Positions 59,636-64,000 of a stretch of 64,000 nt of DNA are shown piece after piece (position 1 is the first letter of the stretch; the number at the start of each line of letters is the position of its first letter). The notes beneath the pieces were generated by a model. That model was given only the letters and a program-made list of their open reading frames with translations. It was not told the DNA's origin and did not search any database. This DNA comes from Candidatus Gastranaerophilales bacterium (GTDB taxonomy: Bacteria; Cyanobacteriota; Vampirovibrionia; Gastranaerophilales; Gastranaerophilaceae), in assembly GCA_944324435.1 (NCBI GenBank), contig CALUWH010000006.1:166-64165 (forward strand). The letters are read 5' to 3'. The position numbers and the translations under genes were made by a program.

Positions 59636-60514
59636 CTAAATTGAATCAAGAGTGAAAATCAATTCAGTCTTTTCCGTTTTTGTAAGTTCAACGAGCGGAC
59701 GTCTTACATAGTCCTCTATCAAACCTTTGTATGCAAGAGCTGCTTTTACCGGCACAGGGTTTGGTGCCATAAATAATTTCTTAAATATCGGATAAAGCTT
59801 CTGGTGCATATTCTTGGCGGTCATAACATCGCCTGTCTTGAAGTTTCTAATCATAGACTTGATTTCTTTTCCGAAAAGATGAGATGCAACAGAGATTACG
59901 CCATGTGCGCCCAAAGAAAGCATCGGAAGTGTAAGGCTGTCATCCCCTGAATATACTGCAAAGTCGTGCGGACAGCTCATTTTCAAGTCTGTTATCATAT
60001 CCATATCACCAAAACTTTGTTTTACGGCAACAATGTTTTGATATTTTCTTGCAAGTGTCTTAACTGTTTCAACAGACATATTAACGCCTGTTCTTGAAGG
60101 AATGTTATACAAGATTATCGGAAGTTCAACCGCTTCCGCTACCGCAGAAAAGTGTTCTATAAGACCGCTTTGAGAAGGTTTATTGTAATAAGGAACTACG
60201 GTTAATATTGCATCAGCTCCTTCTTTTTCAGCCTTTTTAGCCATCATAACTGCGGTTTCGGTTGAATTTGAGCCGGTTCCCATTATAAGTTTACCTTTAT
60301 TTGCAATAGCGCGTCTTGCGCTGCATAAAATTTCGATTTCTTCTTCATGAGTTAATGTCGGAGATTCGCCGGTTGTTCCGGTAACCAAAACGGCATCAGA
60401 ACCGGTGTTTACAAGCTGATATGCAAGCATCTCAACCTTTTCATAATCAACTTCACGTTTTTCGTTCATTGGTGTAACCATTGCTGTTATTACTTCACCG
60501 GCATCATATCTCAT
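59636..60514 (-). CDS. dapA: 4-hydroxy-tetrahydrodipicolinate synthase
   Basis: Motifs GTTGESPTLTHEE, YNIPSRTG and a catalytic-Lys context VAVKQS. Confidence 0.9.
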   Translation of the reverse strand: MRYDAGEVITAMVTPMNEKREVDYEKVEMLAYQLVNTGSDAVLVTGTTGESPTLTHEEEIEILCSARRAIANKGKLIMGTGSNSTETAVMMAKKAEKEGADAILTVVPYYNKPSQSGLIEHFSAVAEAVELPIILYNIPSRTGVNMSVETVKTLARKYQNIVAVKQSFGDMDMITDLKMSCPHDFAVYSGDDSLTLPMLSLGAHGVISVASHLFGKEIKSMIRNFKTGDVMTAKNMHQKLYPIFKKLFMAPNPVPVKAALAYKGLIEDYVRRPLVELTKTEKTELIFTLDSI

Positions 60515-60555
60515 ATACTATTCACTCCTTCTCTATGTTTAACTTCTTTATTATA

Positions 60556-61425
60556 CTACAGATTATTCTTGAACTCATGCACTTCCATTGTATCGCCGTC
60601 TCCGGACTGGAAAAGACCGATTTGAACTGTTTCATAACACTTTAAATCATTGTATCCATACCTGTAAGCGGTATCTGAACCCATATATATTTTCCCAGTG
60701 TATTTTAACTTGACTAATCTCTCCAGAAGCTCTTTGTCTTTTATCGGGTTTCCGGTTGATATTTGAACGCAGATTGTATAATCAATCGGAGCTTTAGAAT
60801 GTATCACTCTAAACATAACATCCAGAACTTTGTCAACTTTTTCAAAATTATTAAAACTGTATAAAAATCCGTCTTGAAATTTTGATGGAGTAGTGTTAGT
60901 TTTCTCCATTATGAATTTATTCATAATAACATTTTGTTCATCAAGGTTAACTTGGACATGTTGGTAATGGTTCTTAGGCCTTTCATACGTATTGATGGCG
61001 ACAAGATATTTGGTAAGACTTTTTTGCGAGCGCTTCATATCATTTTCAAGATTTTTGTTAAAAACAGCTTCTTCTGCCTTTTTGCATAAAAAACGTCCAC
61101 TTCTATAAAGCCCCTCAACAACGTTTGTGCCAAATGTCAAAAGCTCCATCAAGACTCCTAACAGGAGTAATAAAACTATTGCACTTATATATTTAAACTC
61201 AAATTTTACTCCGAATATATCAAATGAAACAGAGTAAATCGAATTTGCAACTTTCAAGAGTTCTTTCAGGAACGGTTTAATAAAATTCAGCCAGTCCCAG
61301 TCTCCGCCTGTAAGGTTTTGCACCCAGTAAAAAAGGAGCATTAAAATACAGAACACTGCAACTATTTTGAGAAAATAGAATACATTTCTTACGAATTTAA
61401 AAAAGCCCAAAATAAATTCATTCAT
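60556..61425 (-). CDS. Hypothetical membrane protein (N-terminal TM segments, soluble C-terminal domain)
   Basis: Long ORF between panC and dapA. No recognised domain. Confidence 0.55.
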   Translation of the reverse strand: MNEFILGFFKFVRNVFYFLKIVAVFCILMLLFYWVQNLTGGDWDWLNFIKPFLKELLKVANSIYSVSFDIFGVKFEFKYISAIVLLLLLGVLMELLTFGTNVVEGLYRSGRFLCKKAEEAVFNKNLENDMKRSQKSLTKYLVAINTYERPKNHYQHVQVNLDEQNVIMNKFIMEKTNTTPSKFQDGFLYSFNNFEKVDKVLDVMFRVIHSKAPIDYTICVQISTGNPIKDKELLERLVKLKYTGKIYMGSDTAYRYGYNDLKCYETVQIGLFQSGDGDTMEVHEFKNNL

Positions 61426-61428
61426 CTA

Positions 61429-62286
61429 TTATCCCTCCCCTAAATATATATTATCGATAAGCCTAACCCCTTCTACTCTGCAAGCGATAAGGACAATAGA
61501 ATCCTTATCGGCTTTGCTTTTTTCTTCAAGAGTGTTTCTGTCAAGAATCTCTAAATATTCCATATCATGTTTATCTGTCAAAAAGCCGTAAGCAGTTTCT
61601 TTAAGCGCCGCGACATCGGTAATTCCTTTGTTATAGCAAGCTTTAATATTATTAAGAATCCTGCTTAACACAAGCGCTTCTTTTTTACCTTCTTCTGACA
61701 GATACTTGTTTCTTGAACTCAACGCAAGTCCTGATTCTTCTCTCACAATAGGACATTGAACAATCTTAACCGGAACATTCAAGTCTCTAACCATTTTCTT
61801 TATAATAATCACCTGCTGCGCATCTTTCTGACCGAAAAAGCCCAAATCCGGCTGAACAATATTGAACAATTTCAGAACAACCGTACAAACTCCGTCAAAA
61901 TGTCCTACTCTTGTTTTTCCGCAAAGCTTGTTTACGTAGAAAAACGGAGGGCAAACATAAGTCAGCGTATCATTTGATAATTTACCGTTCCCCTCAGGAT
62001 ACATACAGCTTGGTGAAGGTGCAAAAACCAAGTCAACGCCCTCTTTTGTGCATAATTCATAATCCTTATCAAGTGTCCTCGGGTATTTGTCATAATCTTC
62101 TGAAGGCCCGAATTGGATAGGGTTTACAAACACTGAAACTACTACTTTGTCGCAAACTTCCTTTGCTTTTTTTATCAAGCTTAAATGTCCTTCATGCAAA
62201 GCGCCCATTGTAGGCACAAGCCCAATTTTAAGCCCTTTCCATTCTTGTCTTTTTTCCCTCACTTCTTCTATTGTATGTGCTAGCAT
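61429..62286 (-). CDS. panC: Pantoate--beta-alanine ligase
   Basis: Motifs PTMGALHEGHLSL and FGQKDAQQ. Confidence 0.92.
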   Translation of the reverse strand: MLAHTIEEVREKRQEWKGLKIGLVPTMGALHEGHLSLIKKAKEVCDKVVVSVFVNPIQFGPSEDYDKYPRTLDKDYELCTKEGVDLVFAPSPSCMYPEGNGKLSNDTLTYVCPPFFYVNKLCGKTRVGHFDGVCTVVLKLFNIVQPDLGFFGQKDAQQVIIIKKMVRDLNVPVKIVQCPIVREESGLALSSRNKYLSEEGKKEALVLSRILNNIKACYNKGITDVAALKETAYGFLTDKHDMEYLEILDRNTLEEKSKADKDSIVLIACRVEGVRLIDNIYLGEG

Positions 62287-63104
62287 AATTTTTCTTTTTC
62301 CTCTGTCTCCAATTCAAACGATTCATTATCCGAAGGGAATAAACCCTGTTTTACATCGTTTTTATATTCACTTACACCTTTAAGAACAATATCATGCAGG
62401 TTTGCATATTTTTTCACAAACTTTGGCGTAAAATCAGTATACTTGCCTAAAATATCATCAGCAACGACAATTTGTCCTGAGCATCCTGCACCTGCTCCTA
62501 TTCCGATTGTCGGAATATTAAGGTTTTTGGTTATATACTCGGCGCTTTCTTTTGGCATAAGCTCAAGCACAATTGCAAAACACCCTGCTGCTTCAAGCTT
62601 TTGCGCGCTTGCAAGAATTTCTTCCGTCATCTCTGCGGTCTTACCTTGAATTTTATGACCGCCGATTGTATTCATAAGCTGCGGCGTAAAGCCCAGATGC
62701 CCGAGAACAGGAATCCCTGATTCAATACATCTTTGAATAAGGGTTAAGATGTACTTGTTGCATCCTTCAAGCTTAATTGCCGCAGCACCTGCTTTAATCA
62801 TCTTTGAAGCATTCTCTAAACCCTGCTCAACATTTATGTTATAGCTCATAAACGGCATATCCGCTATAATTAAAGAGTTTCTTGCACCCTTAGAAACTGC
62901 TTTAACAAAGACCTGCATCTCGTCAGGTGTAATAATATAAGTATCTCTATATCCCAGAGCCACCATAGCAAGAGAATCCCCTACAAGGATTCCGTCAATT
63001 CCGGCCTCTTCCAATACCTGAGCCGTAGAGTAGTCATACGCCGTGAGCATAACTATTTTTTCGTTGTTGTCTTTTAGTTTCTGAAAAGAATGCACTGTTT
63101 TCAT
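62280..63104 (-). CDS. panB: 3-methyl-2-oxobutanoate hydroxymethyltransferase
   Basis: Motifs MLTAYDYSTAQ, VGDSLAMV and KLEGC. Confidence 0.92.
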   Translation of the reverse strand: MKTVHSFQKLKDNNEKIVMLTAYDYSTAQVLEEAGIDGILVGDSLAMVALGYRDTYIITPDEMQVFVKAVSKGARNSLIIADMPFMSYNINVEQGLENASKMIKAGAAAIKLEGCNKYILTLIQRCIESGIPVLGHLGFTPQLMNTIGGHKIQGKTAEMTEEILASAQKLEAAGCFAIVLELMPKESAEYITKNLNIPTIGIGAGAGCSGQIVVADDILGKYTDFTPKFVKKYANLHDIVLKGVSEYKNDVKQGLFPSDNESFELETEEKEKLC

Positions 63105-64000
63105 CTTTTTGATTTCCTTCTGTACCAGTAGTATACTGCCCTTGCAACCCTGTGCGAGCTGTGTCTTACAAGGCCTTTTTTATTTTCCTGAATAAGTTTT
63201 TGAGAAACAACTTCTATTCCGATTGGCGCAATATTTTCCATATCTAATCTGACAGGTATTGAACCGCTCTTTGCATAGCCTTCTGAAATATTCTCGGGCA
63301 GACTGTCATTAACCAGAACCGCATCTATGATTTTCTTGCCCTTTGCGTGAGTAATTAAAGCGTTAATATGGCTTGCAACCGAATAGTTATCAGTTTCACC
63401 CGGCTGAGTCATTATGTTGCACACATAAATCTTTTTAGCGTGAGATTTCTCTATTGCTTCTACAATACCATTAACCAGAAGATTTGGTATTACACTTGTG
63501 TACAAACTTCCCGGGCCTAAGATTATCAAATCTGCCTCTCTGATTGCCGCAATTACCTCAGGAAGCGCATGGCATACCGAAGGCTCTGTGAACAGACGCT
63601 TAATTTTTCCGTGAACTTCAGGAATATTAGATTCGCCTTTCACAACTCTTCCGTCTTCAAAAACAGCTGCAAGCTTCATATCATCTAATGTTGCAGGAAG
63701 CACAACCCCTCTGATATTCAAAACATTAGAAGATTCCTTAACCGCTCTTACCATATCACCGGTAATTGAACAAAGTGCTGTTAAAAATAGATTCCCGAAA
63801 CTGTGCCCTTCAAGACCTTCGCCGTTTCTGAAACGATACTGGAACAGTTCCGTAATCAAATCCTCATCGTCAGCAAGCGCAGCAATACAGTTTCTTATAT
63901 CTCCCGGAGGAAGGACGCCCATTTCTTCTCTCAATCTTCCCGAGCTTCCGCCGTCATCACCTACGGTTACAACCGCAGTAATATTATTTGTGTATTTTTT
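63101..64000 (-). CDS. YvcK/CofD-like (UPF0052) gluconeogenesis factor family protein, 5' end outside the window
   Basis: The frame continues past 63934 to the window edge (..VTVGDDGGSSGRLREEMGVLPPGDIRNC..), a family signature. Confidence 0.8.
   Translation of the reverse strand, partial: KKYTNNITAVVTVGDDGGSSGRLREEMGVLPPGDIRNCIAALADDEDLITELFQYRFRNGEGLEGHSFGNLFLTALCSITGDMVRAVKESSNVLNIRGVVLPATLDDMKLAAVFEDGRVVKGESNIPEVHGKIKRLFTEPSVCHALPEVIAAIREADLIILGPGSLYTSVIPNLLVNGIVEAIEKSHAKKIYVCNIMTQPGETDNYSVASHINALITHAKGKKIIDAVLVNDSLPENISEGYAKSGSIPVRLDMENIAPIGIEVVSQKLIQENKKGLVRHSSHRVARAVYYWYRRKSKR

Overview
This is an AT-rich chromosomal segment from a diderm bacterium, as shown by lpxB, lpxI, an lptD/OstA-like gene and a secretin. 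About 85% of it is housekeeping: ftsI-murE, anaerobic RNR nrdD/nrdG, a compact pilQ-pilB-pilC cluster, atpD-atpC, a plant/cyanobacterial-type glutamate-cysteine ligase, rsmA, speE, recA, efp-accB-accC, tRNA-Gly(CCC), dnaK, secDF, dapA and panBC. The split atpD-atpC operon, lpxI, the GCS2-type ligase and the anaerobic metabolism suggest a non-photosynthetic cyanobacterial relative (Melainabacteria/Vampirovibrionia-like). That assignment is inference only. The first ~9 kb is accessory and decayed. It holds a 3' fragment of initiator tRNA-fMet with its terminator (att-like), a Fic protein, a truncated HigB/Gp49-like toxin, RtcB, a nucleotidyltransferase pseudogene with an in-frame TGA, a catalytically degenerate integrase-like ORF, and a hipBA module with three operator palindromes spaced exactly 50 bp apart. 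The most unusual signal is non-coding. It is an intergenic repeat family (5 full and at least 5 partial copies) in which several different 7-8-nt tandem repeats ([GTGAGGN], [GTGAYCAR], [GTGAATA], [CTNNTCAA]) occur in a fixed order. Copies show unit-number polymorphism, strong strand asymmetry and GATC-dense blocks. Short inverted derivatives form hairpins inside or after the atp, efp and acc operons. The family resembles cyanobacterial STRR repeats but is more structured. I found no CRISPR array, no rRNA, no intact transposase and no recognisable multi-gene defence system beyond the toxin-antitoxin and Fic genes.
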